This document shows positions 33,405 through 41,696 of a stretch of DNA of 64,000 nucleotides, piece after piece. A program made the position numbers and the translations under genes. The stretch comes from an uncultured Gammaproteobacteria bacterium (GTDB lineage: Bacteria > Patescibacteriota > Patescibacteriia > Patescibacteriales > UBA12465). The notes beneath the pieces are model-generated. The model did not search any database and was not told the origin of the DNA. It was given only the letters and a program-made list of their open reading frames with translations. The stretch lies in assembly GCA_964639785.1 (NCBI GenBank), contig CAZXEE010000002.1, positions 143,273 through 207,272 of the forward strand, in the 5' to 3' direction. Within the stretch, counting starts at the first letter, position 1; every line of letters begins with the position of its first letter.

Positions 33405-33755
33405 ATGCGACATAACAATAAGGTAAAAACCCTGGATCGACCCAAAGAAGCTCGCGAGTTAATGCTCCGTAATCTGGCTTCCAGCGTTTTACTGTACGAA
33501 AAAGTAGTAACTACTGAAGCTAAGGCTAAAGTGGTCAAGCCATTAGTGGAGAGACTGATTACCATCGCTAAGACCGGTGATCTTAATTCTCGCCGTAAAT
33601 TAATCCAGGTTCTTCTCCAGAAGAACGCGGTTAAGAAATCGATGGAAGTTTTAGGGGAAAGATATAAAACCAGAAACGGTGGCTATACTCGTATCGTGAG
33701 ATTAGGTAATCGCCAAGGCGATGGAGCTCAGATGGTACAGTTAGAGTTGGTCTAA
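33405..33755 (+). CDS. rplQ: 50S ribosomal protein L17
   Basis: MRHNNKVKTLDRPKEARELMLRNLA... canonical L17 N-terminus. Confidence 0.95.
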   Translation: MRHNNKVKTLDRPKEARELMLRNLASSVLLYEKVVTTEAKAKVVKPLVERLITIAKTGDLNSRRKLIQVLLQKNAVKKSMEVLGERYKTRNGGYTRIVRLGNRQGDGAQMVQLELV

Positions 33756-33768
33756 TAATTTTAATACT

Positions 33769-34128
33769 ATGAAAAATATCATTGAACGAAAACTTCATAA
33801 AATCGATGCCACCGATCAAACCATCGGTCGTATGGCTACCAGAATCGCTACCTTATTGCGCGGTAAGAATAAGTCTACTTATCAGCCTCATTTGGATGAA
33901 GGTGATATCGTAGAAGTTTCTAATATCAAATTTGCTAAGTTTACTGGCAAGAAATTGAATCAGAAATTGTATTATCGCTTTACCGGTTATCCAGGCGGTC
34001 TTCGGACCAAGAAGATGTCTGATGTCATGAAGACTAAGCCGGAAGTCGTTTTGCAGAAGGCTGTCAGAGAGATGCTTCCTCCGACCAGATTACGTCCAGC
34101 GATGATGAAAAGATTAATTATTAAATAA
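33769..34128 (+). CDS. rplM: 50S ribosomal protein L13
   Basis: IDATDQTIGRMATRIATLLRGK...YYRFTGYPGG. Confidence 0.9.
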   Translation: MKNIIERKLHKIDATDQTIGRMATRIATLLRGKNKSTYQPHLDEGDIVEVSNIKFAKFTGKKLNQKLYYRFTGYPGGLRTKKMSDVMKTKPEVVLQKAVREMLPPTRLRPAMMKRLIIK

Positions 34129-34144
34129 AATTACGACTAATAAT

Positions 34145-34621
34145 ATGGCAGAAAAAAAGACTGTAAAAAAAGTCGCTAAGCCAGTTGCCAAGGAAAAGGA
34201 AGTAGAAAAGAAAAGCGAGGCTGCTGATTTTTCCGGCAAATACATCCAGGCTATCGGCCGCCGCAAGACTGCTGTCGCCCAGGTTCGTCTTTATGAAGAT
34301 GGCAAGGGTTCGATGGTCGTTAATGGCATCAAATTAAGCAAATATTTTCCTGGCGATCTAGCTTCTAATGCTGTTCAGGCTTTGAAATTAACCAGCCATT
34401 TGCGCGATTTCAACGTTTCAGTTATCGTTCGTGGCGGTGGAAAATCAGGTCAGGTAGAGGCTGTTAGACATGGCATTTCCCACGCTTTATTGAAATTCGA
34501 TGAGAAATTACGCGAGGTCTTGAGCACTTCCGGATTATTGACCCGCGATAAGCGTGAAGTTGAAAGAAAGAAACCAGGTTTACGCAAGGCTCGCAAGGCC
34601 CCACAGTGGTCAAAACGTTAA
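34145..34621 (+). CDS. rpsI: 30S ribosomal protein S9 (Lys-rich N-terminal extension)
   Basis: GRRKTAVAQVRL...RGGGKSGQVEAVRHGISHAL...KAPQWSKR. Confidence 0.95.
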   Translation: MAEKKTVKKVAKPVAKEKEVEKKSEAADFSGKYIQAIGRRKTAVAQVRLYEDGKGSMVVNGIKLSKYFPGDLASNAVQALKLTSHLRDFNVSVIVRGGGKSGQVEAVRHGISHALLKFDEKLREVLSTSGLLTRDKREVERKKPGLRKARKAPQWSKR

Positions 34622-34641
34622 TCTATTCCGTTTTACATATC

Positions 34642-34671
34642 AAAAAACATCCTGTTCACAGGATGTTTTTT
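34642..34671. terminator. Rho-independent (bidirectional-type) terminator after rpsI
   Basis: ACATCCTG / CAGGATGT stem with a TTCA loop, flanked by an A-run and a T-run. Confidence 0.75.
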
Positions 34672-34724
34672 GTTTTTATGACCAAGCTAGCGTAAAATTG
34701 TAAATTCATTGGTATTTTTTATCA

Positions 34725-34753
34725 TTTGACGGTATTAATAGGAGGCCTATAAT
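34725..34753 (+). promoter_or_regulatory. Promoter TTGACG-16-TATAAT placed 6 nt before an ATG (leaderless geometry)
   Basis: The -35 is at 34726-34731, the -10 at 34748-34753 and the ATG at 34760. Confidence 0.55.
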
Positions 34754-34759
34754 ATAGTT

Positions 34760-35002
34760 ATGATATCATTAAGCGCCCAACAATTTAATAAACTGGCTTT
34801 GAGAGAGGATATTTTAGAGCTGAAAAGACAGATTGATTCAATAAATGAAAGGATTGATCGAACTTTTGATTTGTTGGACGGATTGGCATATAAGACTAAT
34901 AATTTAGAGTGTGATTTTGCTGCCAATCAATCGGCACATGATCGTTTTGAGGGTAGAATTGGACGGATAGAAAAGAGTCTGAATGTTGAGTTGTTAAGAT
35001 AG
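34760..35002 (+). CDS. Small coiled-coil hypothetical protein
   Basis: 80 aa. It has its own promoter and terminator, and no family was recognised. Confidence 0.45.
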   Translation: MISLSAQQFNKLALREDILELKRQIDSINERIDRTFDLLDGLAYKTNNLECDFAANQSAHDRFEGRIGRIEKSLNVELLR

Positions 35003-35014
35003 GTTGTTTGTAAA

Positions 35015-35048
35015 AAGTAAGCATATTTATGCTTGCTTTTTTGTTTTT
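35015..35048 (+). terminator. Rho-independent terminator
   Basis: AAGTAAGCAT / ATGCTTGCTT stem followed by a long T-run. Confidence 0.7.
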
Positions 35049-35064
35049 TTGTTTATAAATTTTG

Positions 35065-35086
35065 TGTTATAATTGATTAGTATAAT
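35065..35086 (+). promoter_or_regulatory. Candidate promoter(s) of pilin-FISUMP paralog 2 (TGTTATAAT and a second TATAAT)
   Basis: Extended -10 TGTTATAAT at 35065-35073 and TATAAT at 35081-35086. The ATG is at 35099. Confidence 0.45.
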
Positions 35087-35098
35087 ATTAGTGTGGTT

Positions 35099-36253
35099 AT
35101 GAATAAGCCTAATAAAAGAACAGCTTTTACCCTTATTGAGCTTTTAGTTGTAATAGCTATTATTGGTCTTTTGGCGACTATTTCTGTTTTGGCCCTGCAG
35201 AATGCTCGAGCTAAATCTCGTGATGCCAAGCGGGTGGCTGACATGAAGCAGGTCCAGACTGCTTTGGAGATGTTTTTTAATGATAATAATCGATATCCGA
35301 CTGCTGAAGAATGGAATGCCGGCAGGCTTTATTCCACTACTACCGGTGTCACTTCTACCTATATACAGATCATTCCTAATGCTCCAACTCCGGCTGATGG
35401 ATCTTGTACTGGAAATCAGAATTCTTTCGAGTATATTCCTGGTTCAGATAATTCTTCTTATTCCATCTCTTTTTGTTTAGGTGGTGTTATCGGATCATTA
35501 GCTTCCGGCCCGAAATGTTTGGATCCGGGAGGAATAATGGACCGGCCTTGCTTTTTATGCGGTACTGATCAGATGGTTATTGCTTCAGTTGGAAATCGTG
35601 CTTGTGATACGGCAGCCCCTTATTATGATAAATGTGTTTATGATACCGTACAGATAGGTGACCAATGCTGGATGAATCAGAATATGAACATTGGTAATAT
35701 GACTAATGGCGTAAATAATCAGGGTGATTATTCCAGCGGGGTAGAGAAGTATTGTTTTGAAAATAATCAGATTAACCCTAATCCTACAGATTATGTTAGT
35801 TCTGGTGGTTGTGATACTGATGGCGGCTTATATCAATGGCATACTGTAATGGGGCTTCCTCAGATTTGTGATAATCATGATGGTACCGCTCCTTGCGTAG
35901 TCAATATTAATCATCAAGGTATTTGTCCGAGTGGTTGGCATATTCCGACAGATGAGGAGTGGGCTGCTCTTAAAACCTATTTGGGGGGTAGTGGCGTAGC
36001 TGCTAAAATTGAAGCCCAGGCCCCAGTTTGGAATGGTACTAATTCTTCTGGATTTAATGCGCTTCGAACAGGTGTCAGAGGGACAGATGGTATTTTTGGC
36101 AGTCATTATGCTGTCACTTTTTTTCGGTCCACTCACATGGATTCATTAAATTATGGCTGGAATCACTGGCTTTATAATGGTGATCCAGATATTAATCGAG
36201 GCAACTATTCAAGATATTCTGGTTACTCACTCCGTTGTTTAAAGAATAATTAA
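35099..36253 (+). CDS. Type IV prepilin-like N-terminus fused to a FISUMP domain, paralog 2
   Basis: MNKPNKRTA|FTLIELLVVIAIIGLLA, then ARAKSRDAKRVADMKQVQTALEMFFND, then IGDQCWMNQNMNIG, GGLYQW, CPSGWHIPTDEEWAAL, GFNALRTGVRG and YSLRCLKN. The track start is GTG 35093. Confidence 0.85.
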   Translation: MNKPNKRTAFTLIELLVVIAIIGLLATISVLALQNARAKSRDAKRVADMKQVQTALEMFFNDNNRYPTAEEWNAGRLYSTTTGVTSTYIQIIPNAPTPADGSCTGNQNSFEYIPGSDNSSYSISFCLGGVIGSLASGPKCLDPGGIMDRPCFLCGTDQMVIASVGNRACDTAAPYYDKCVYDTVQIGDQCWMNQNMNIGNMTNGVNNQGDYSSGVEKYCFENNQINPNPTDYVSSGGCDTDGGLYQWHTVMGLPQICDNHDGTAPCVVNINHQGICPSGWHIPTDEEWAALKTYLGGSGVAAKIEAQAPVWNGTNSSGFNALRTGVRGTDGIFGSHYAVTFFRSTHMDSLNYGWNHWLYNGDPDINRGNYSRYSGYSLRCLKNN

Positions 36254-36254
36254 T

Positions 36255-37349
36255 ATGGAAAACCTATTAAAGAAAATTGAAGACTTACGTGAGCGTTTCC
36301 TGCGAATCAGGCAGCTTTTAGATATTGATGGGCAGATTACCGAAAGTCGGGAAAAGAAGCGCCTGATGGCCGATCCTGGCTTCTGGAACGATCGTGAGAA
36401 GGCGGTCTCTATCGGAAAAAGGGTGGAGGAATTGGATAGTGAGATTCGGCAATGGGAAGACGTTGAACGGGATATCAATGACCTGGAATCGATAGTCGCT
36501 TTAGCCCAGGAAGAAGGTGATAATTCTTTGTATGAAGATTCGGTTGAAAGATATGATGAATTATTGAAGAAATTTAATGATCTGGAATTCCTAGCTTTAT
36601 TTTCAGAAAAATATGATGTCGACAGCGCCATATTATCAATCCACGCCGGAACGGGCGGGGTAGATGCTCAAGATTGGGCCAATATGCTGGAACGGATGTA
36701 TTTGCGTTTCGCTGAGCAAAAAAAGTATACGGTGGAGGTATTAGATCGAACTGTTGGAGCTGAAGCTGGGATAAAGAGCGTTTCAATGCGTATTTCCGGC
36801 CGTTATGCCTATGGCTATCTGAAGAGTGAGAATGGCATGCATCGTTTAGTCAGAATTTCGCCTTTTGATGCTGAATCTATGCGCCATACTTCTTTTGCTT
36901 TAGTAGAGGTGATTCCAGAACTACCCGACATGGAAGATATTATCGTTAAAGATGAAGACTTGCGAATGGATTTCTATCATTCTTCCGGTCCCGGAGGACA
37001 AAATGTGAACAAGACTTCTTCAGCCGTACGTCTAGTTCATATTCCTACCAATATCACGGTTACTTGCCAGAGCGAGCGTTCCCAGCACCAGAATCGGGAA
37101 ATTGCCATGAGAGTTCTCAAGGCAAAATTGCATCACCTGGAAGACGAGAAACGGGATCAGCAAGAACGACAGCTAAAAGGCGAAGTCCAGAAAGCCGGTT
37201 GGGGAAAACAAATCCGGTCTTATGTCCTGCAGCCTTACCAGCTGGTTAAAGACCATCGAACCGATTATGAGACGAACGAGGTCGACAAGGTTTTAGATGG
37301 GGAATTATCCGGGTTCATGGAAACTTATCTGAGGTGGTTGAAAAAGTAA
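36255..37349 (+). CDS. prfB: Peptide chain release factor 2 (single ORF, no programmed frameshift)
   Basis: 364 aa. Has the SPF tripeptide (RISPFDA) specific to RF2 and the GGQ motif (SSGPGGQNVNK). Confidence 0.9.
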   Translation: MENLLKKIEDLRERFLRIRQLLDIDGQITESREKKRLMADPGFWNDREKAVSIGKRVEELDSEIRQWEDVERDINDLESIVALAQEEGDNSLYEDSVERYDELLKKFNDLEFLALFSEKYDVDSAILSIHAGTGGVDAQDWANMLERMYLRFAEQKKYTVEVLDRTVGAEAGIKSVSMRISGRYAYGYLKSENGMHRLVRISPFDAESMRHTSFALVEVIPELPDMEDIIVKDEDLRMDFYHSSGPGGQNVNKTSSAVRLVHIPTNITVTCQSERSQHQNREIAMRVLKAKLHHLEDEKRDQQERQLKGEVQKAGWGKQIRSYVLQPYQLVKDHRTDYETNEVDKVLDGELSGFMETYLRWLKK

Positions 37350-37373
37350 TTTAATGATAATTAGATAAAAAAG

Positions 37374-37401
37374 AAGGACCCTGTTTTTGGGGTCCTTTTT
37401 T
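37374..37401 (+). terminator. Rho-independent terminator after prfB
   Basis: AAGGACCC / GGGTCCTT stem with an 8-nt loop and a T-run. Confidence 0.75.
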
Positions 37402-37618
37402 CGGCTCGATTTTATAAGTATGTTTGATATGGAATCATCGTCGCTTTTTCATGGCAGACAGATTTTTGTGGTTTGACATAATCCCATTTTGGGCAGCTGA
37501 TTTTCAGCTTTATTATGTTGTCTATAATATCATCTTTTTATATATTTGTCAATAGCATGATGAAATGACCTGTTTTTGGCTTTTATTTATCATATATTGA
37601 TTTTTGTTTAATATTCTC

Positions 37619-37629
37619 TGTGCTAGTTT
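37619..37629 (+). promoter_or_regulatory. TGTGCTAGTTT extended -10-like element 6 nt before the comEC ATG
   Basis: It shares the TGTGCTA core with the promoters at 186 and 25276. The -10 hexamer itself (TAGTTT) is weak. Confidence 0.35.
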
Positions 37630-37635
37630 AGATGG

Positions 37636-39087
37636 ATGAGAAAGATAATTATTTATTCTGGCATTAGTTTCGTGATTGGGGTCTTATTGGCTCCATTGGT
37701 TGATTTTGGGGTATTTAATCTATATTTATTGGCTTCATCACTTATCCTGTTTCTTTTGTTTGTACGTTTCAGGAATTTTCGTTCGTTTTGTTTATGTCTA
37801 TTATTTTTCTTCTTGGCTCTCTGGCGTTATAATTTATCAGCCTTGCCTAATTTGGCTACTTACAATGGGCAGAAAGTGGAATTGGTAGGGACGGTTTGCG
37901 AGGAACCGGACAGGCGGGGTGATAGCCAAAAGATATTATTGTGCGCGGCGGGAGGGAAGCTTTTGGTTAGTACCAGCTTATATCCGGAATATTATTATGG
38001 GGATAACTTGAGCTTCAAAGGTACATTGAAAGCTCCAGGCCCAATTGAGGATTTCCGTTATGACCTTTATTTAGCTCGTTATGGAATCTATTCCGTCAGT
38101 TATCAGCCAGCTTTAAAGAAGATCGGCGAGAGCGGGGAATTAGGCGATTTATTATTCAGATTCTTATTTGATTTAAAAAAGAAACTTTTTGAAATCATTA
38201 ATCAAGCCATGCCGGAGCCGGAAGCGGGTTTGGGTAATGCCTTGATTTTGGGTTACAAACGGACTGTGAGCGATGTTAATTTAGATAAGTTTTCGATCAT
38301 TGGCATTTCTCATATGATCGCTATTTCCGGCACTCATATCACGATGTTGTCGGCTATGGTGATGAAATTTCTTCTGCTATTTCATTTCAGGAAAAAGAAA
38401 GCTTTCTATCTATCGATTATCTTACTGTTTTTCTATGTCTTGTTGACTGGTTGGCAAGCCTCAGCAGTCCGGTCATTGATTATGGGCGGTATGGCTTTGT
38501 GGGCGGCTTGTTTCGGAAGGGATATGAAGATAGAGCTGGCACTGGTAATCAGCGCATTTGTGATGTTATTATTCAATCCTTTATTGTTAAGGGATGACCT
38601 GGGTTTCCAGTTGTCATTTTTAGCGATGATCGCGTTGATTTATATCTATCCGATTGGGGATTATTTTGGGCAAAAATTTTTAGGGAAGAGGAAGAATCTG
38701 AAGTTGCTGTGGGATGTGCTTAATGTCACTATCGCTTCGCAATTAGTGACGGCTCCTATATCGCTGATTAATTTCCATCGTTTTTCGATCATTGCGCCGT
38801 TAGCGAACATCTTAGTTTTATGGACCTTTTCTTTCCTGATGGGCGCTCTGATCGGAGGATTATTTTTATCTATTATCTTCCCGTGGTTTGATTGGTTGTG
38901 GTTTTGGCCGTCTTATTGCTTATTGCGTTATGAGTTTATGATGACTGACATTCTAGCCGCTATTCCCGGGGCAGCAGTTGATAGTTCTAGTTGGGATTGG
39001 TTTGCGGGTTTCTGGTATTATCTTGTCTTGTTCTTATTAGTCTGGTTGTTATACAGGAAATTGGTGGAAATAAAAAAACCGGCTTAG
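37636..39087 (+). CDS. comEC: ComEC/Rec2-family DNA internalisation channel (DUF4131 plus competence domain; no metallo-beta-lactamase domain)
   Basis: 483 aa polytopic protein. GISHMIAISGTHITML matches the ComEC competence-domain core. The protein ends after the membrane domain. Confidence 0.8.
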   Translation: MRKIIIYSGISFVIGVLLAPLVDFGVFNLYLLASSLILFLLFVRFRNFRSFCLCLLFFFLALWRYNLSALPNLATYNGQKVELVGTVCEEPDRRGDSQKILLCAAGGKLLVSTSLYPEYYYGDNLSFKGTLKAPGPIEDFRYDLYLARYGIYSVSYQPALKKIGESGELGDLLFRFLFDLKKKLFEIINQAMPEPEAGLGNALILGYKRTVSDVNLDKFSIIGISHMIAISGTHITMLSAMVMKFLLLFHFRKKKAFYLSIILLFFYVLLTGWQASAVRSLIMGGMALWAACFGRDMKIELALVISAFVMLLFNPLLLRDDLGFQLSFLAMIALIYIYPIGDYFGQKFLGKRKNLKLLWDVLNVTIASQLVTAPISLINFHRFSIIAPLANILVLWTFSFLMGALIGGLFLSIIFPWFDWLWFWPSYCLLRYEFMMTDILAAIPGAAVDSSSWDWFAGFWYYLVLFLLVWLLYRKLVEIKKPA

Positions 39088-39100
39088 AGCCGGTTCTTTT
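39077..39100. terminator. Bidirectional terminator shared by convergent comEC and rpmB
   Basis: AACCGGCT / AGCCGGTT stem. The 3-nt loop is the comEC TAG stop codon. An A-run and a T-run flank the stem. Confidence 0.75.
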
Positions 39101-39101
39101 A

Positions 39102-39314
39102 TTATGCTGATTTCTTTGTTGCTTTTCTTGGGGTTTTAACTCTCGGTTCTTTTTCCATAGTACGCATGCAAGAAGTACATAGCTTTACTTTGATACCGCC
39201 AACATTTCTGATCTGTAGATTGATATTCTGACGTTTCAGAGTCTGACGTTTGGAGTGGGAACGCATAGCGCCTTTAGTTGATCCACGTCCGCATAAATCG
39301 CATTTTTTTGCCAT
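39102..39314 (-). CDS. rpmB: 50S ribosomal protein L28 (Cys-containing zinc-ribbon form)
   Basis: MAKKCDLCGRGSTKGAMRSHSKRQTLKRQNINLQ...CTSC resembles L28 (C+ form). The track start at 39386 adds 24 non-homologous residues, so ATG 39314 is preferred. Confidence 0.8.
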   Translation of the reverse strand: MAKKCDLCGRGSTKGAMRSHSKRQTLKRQNINLQIRNVGGIKVKLCTSCMRTMEKEPRVKTPRKATKKSA

Positions 39315-39409
39315 AGGATTATAAAAGCACAGGCTAGCTGCGCTATCTCTTAATTTATTTTTGTTGATCTTTTGGTATATTAACACCCTTTGATAAAAAT
39401 ATCAAGATG

Positions 39410-39418
39410 TGCTAATAT
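39410..39418 (+). promoter_or_regulatory. Extended -10 TGCTAATAT upstream of the S2P protease gene
   Basis: TGTGCTAATAT, 27 nt before ATG 39446. Confidence 0.4.
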
Positions 39419-39445
39419 AGACCTCAGTTTGATTAAGAAAATCTT

Positions 39446-40054
39446 ATGATTTATATTTTTGAGATTATAATCTTGGTTTTTTCGGCTATTATCCATGAAT
39501 ACATGCATGGCTTTATGGCTGACCGTTTAGGTGACAGTACCGCCAAGGATATGGGCCGCTTGACTTTGAATCCGATTCCACACATTGATATCCTGGGTTC
39601 TATCATCTTGCCGCTCCTCATGGTCTTCTCGGGAACAGGGGTGGTTTTTGGTTGGGCAAAGCCGGTTCCTTTTAATCCTTATCGTTTGCGCGACCAGAAA
39701 TATGGTCCGGCTAAGGTGGCGATTGCTGGTCCTTTGGGAAACTTGATCCTGGCGGTAATGTTTGCTTTGGTACTTCGCTTTTTCCCTGGGCTGGACATTA
39801 CTTTAGCCTCCTTCTTGGGATTGATCGTCTATATCAATTTGATGCTGATGATTTTTAACTTATTGCCGATTCCGCCCTTGGATGGTTCCAAGGTTTTGGC
39901 TGCTTTCTTGCCGCCTAAATGGCAGTTTAAATTCTTTGAGATTGAACGTTATGGATTGTTGTTGGTATTATTCTTTGTTTTATTCGCTTCTAATTTTATC
40001 AGCCCGATAATTGCTTGGCTCTTCCAGCTATTGACCGGGTACAATTTATTCTAA
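39446..40054 (+). CDS. Site-2 protease family (peptidase M50) intramembrane metalloprotease
   Basis: 202 aa. HEYMHGFMA (HExxH) in TM1 and NLLPIPPLDGSKV (NxxPxxxLDG). Confidence 0.85.
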   Translation: MIYIFEIIILVFSAIIHEYMHGFMADRLGDSTAKDMGRLTLNPIPHIDILGSIILPLLMVFSGTGVVFGWAKPVPFNPYRLRDQKYGPAKVAIAGPLGNLILAVMFALVLRFFPGLDITLASFLGLIVYINLMLMIFNLLPIPPLDGSKVLAAFLPPKWQFKFFEIERYGLLLVLFFVLFASNFISPIIAWLFQLLTGYNLF

Positions 40055-40058
40055 TCAT

Positions 40059-40490
40059 ATGTACTCAACCGCTCATCTAGCCGCTGGTTTGATAGTAGGT
40101 AAATTAACAGGGGACTATCCGACGGCCATCATTAGTGCTGTGGCTATCGATTTAGACCATCTGATTCCGCACGTCAAGAATAAAATCATCTTCAATGTCA
40201 AAGAGATGCTGCGGGTGGCCAAAAGTACCCATGAAAGTTCCCGTAGCTACTTGCATAACTTTATCGCTTTAATTGTTTTAACTGTGGTTGTTTGCTTATT
40301 TAATCTGAGGACAGGATTAGTTTTTGGCTTGGGATACCTGAGCCATTTTCTGTTGGATGCTATTGATGATGATGATTTTTACCCTTTGTTCCCATGGAAG
40401 AAATTCAATACCAGGGGATTCATCGGTTATTATTCCAAAGCGGAATTTGTCTTTACGATCATCCTATTTGGGGTCTATTTCGTGATCTAA
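40059..40490 (+). CDS. Membrane-bound metal-dependent hydrolase-like protein (YdjM/DUF457-like)
   Basis: 143 aa. N-terminal HLAAGLIVG, then DLDHLIPH and SHFLLDAIDD. Identified from memory of the family pattern only. Confidence 0.45.
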   Translation: MYSTAHLAAGLIVGKLTGDYPTAIISAVAIDLDHLIPHVKNKIIFNVKEMLRVAKSTHESSRSYLHNFIALIVLTVVVCLFNLRTGLVFGLGYLSHFLLDAIDDDDFYPLFPWKKFNTRGFIGYYSKAEFVFTIILFGVYFVI

Positions 40491-40559
40491 CCGCAGCTGA
40501 TTCTATTTTCCACCCTTGACTTTATCTTTAGTTTTTGATAAATTTGATGAAGTAATAAA

Positions 40560-40585
40560 AAATATCCTGATTATTCAGGATATTT
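40560..40585. terminator. 11-bp perfect hairpin (terminator of the upstream unit, or a leader structure of the str operon)
   Basis: AAATATCCTGA / TCAGGATATTT stem, TTAT loop, A-run before and T-rich tail after. Confidence 0.6.
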
Positions 40586-40653
40586 ATTTAATTTATCAAT
40601 AAATTAGAGCGGATTTTGATAATTCGCAGTTTTTAATTCGCAATTAGAATATT

Positions 40654-41073
40654 ATGCCAACAATGAATCAATTGGTTCGCAAGGGCCGTGTCATCAAAAG
40701 CAAAAGAACTAAAACTTTGGCTTTGCATACTCGTCTTGACTCCCTCCATCGCAAGAAGAAGGTTGATGCTAAAGGCGCTCCATTCAAACAGGGTGTCTGT
40801 TTGAAAGTTACTACCATGACTCCTAAGAAACCGAACTCAGCTTTACGTAAGATCGCTCGTGTCCGTTTGTCTAACGGTATGGAAGTTACTGCTTACATCC
40901 CAGGTATGGGCCACAACTTACAGGAACACTCTATCGTTCTGGTAAAGGGTGGAAAGACTAAAGATTTACCGGGTGTCCGTTATAAGGTTATCCGCGGTGT
41001 CTTTGATGCTCAGGGTGTTGAAGCTCGCCGTCAGGGAAGAAGCCGTTATGGTAACAAGAAACCAAAAAAGTAA
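40654..41073 (+). CDS. rpsL: 30S ribosomal protein S12
   Basis: [12 protein letters not shown]...[10 protein letters not shown]...[27 protein letters not shown]. Confidence 0.95.
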   Translation: MPTMNQLVRKGRVIKSKRTKTLALHTRLDSLHRKKKVDAKGAPFKQGVCLKVTTMTPKKPNSALRKIARVRLSNGMEVTAYIPGMGHNLQEHSIVLVKGGKTKDLPGVRYKVIRGVFDAQGVEARRQGRSRYGNKKPKK

Positions 41074-41146
41074 TTAATAAAAATTTATAATATTTAGAAC
41101 TTCTATAAATTACTTATAGCTGAGTAAAATAGAGAGAAATAAAATT

Positions 41147-41614
41147 ATGCGTGGAAAACCAGCGCCAAAGAGAAAAATCGAAGGCGACCTAAAATACAAC
41201 GATAAGAGTATTTCCAAGTTCATCAATTACTTGATGATCGACGGAAAGAAGAGTGTTTCTCAAAAGATTGTCTATGAAGCTTTCAATATCATTAAGGACA
41301 AGACCAAACAGGATCCTCGTCACGTCTTTAATAAGGCTTTGAAAAAAGTATCTCCGCTCGTCGAAGTTCGCGGTAAGCGCGTCGGCGGTGCTAACTATCA
41401 AGTTCCAGTCCAGGTTCGAGGTGAACGTCGTTTTTATTTGGGCTGCCATTGGATGATCAATTCCGCTAACGACCGTCGCGGTCATTCTATGGAAGAAAAA
41501 TTAGCTGCTGAAATCTTGGATGCTTCCAATGGTGAAGGCGCTGCTATCAAGAAACGTGAAGCTGTTCACAAGATGGCTGAAGCTAACAAGGCTTTTGCTC
41601 ATTTTTCACGATAA
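41147..41614 (+). CDS. rpsG: 30S ribosomal protein S7
   Basis: VEVRGKRVGGANYQVPVQVRGERR and the C-terminal AHFSR-like tail. Confidence 0.95.
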   Translation: MRGKPAPKRKIEGDLKYNDKSISKFINYLMIDGKKSVSQKIVYEAFNIIKDKTKQDPRHVFNKALKKVSPLVEVRGKRVGGANYQVPVQVRGERRFYLGCHWMINSANDRRGHSMEEKLAAEILDASNGEGAAIKKREAVHKMAEANKAFAHFSR

Positions 41615-41625
41615 TTTTAAATAGA

Positions 41626-41657
41626 TTTTAGCCGCTTTGGCTAAAATTTATTTTTTA
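41626..41657 (+). terminator. Terminator-like hairpin plus T-run between rpsG and fusA
   Basis: ATTTTAGCC / GGCTAAAAT 9-bp stem, 5-nt loop, then TTATTTTTT. Confidence 0.55.
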
Positions 41658-41696
41658 TAATAAGTTAAAATATAAATAACCATAAATATAAAATTT

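Noticed and set aside
36255-37349. Possible programmed +1 frameshift in prfB, as in many bacteria
   Set aside because: The RF2 reading frame is continuous from ATG 36255 to the stop at 37349. The normal N-terminus is in the same frame, and there is no in-frame early TGA, so no frameshift is needed.
40620-40642. Direct repeat TAATTCGCA x2 (40620-40628 and 40634-40642) just upstream of rpsL
   Set aside because: It is short (9 bp) and sits in a very AT-rich spacer. I could not tie it to a convincing promoter or structure, so it may be chance. Noted only.
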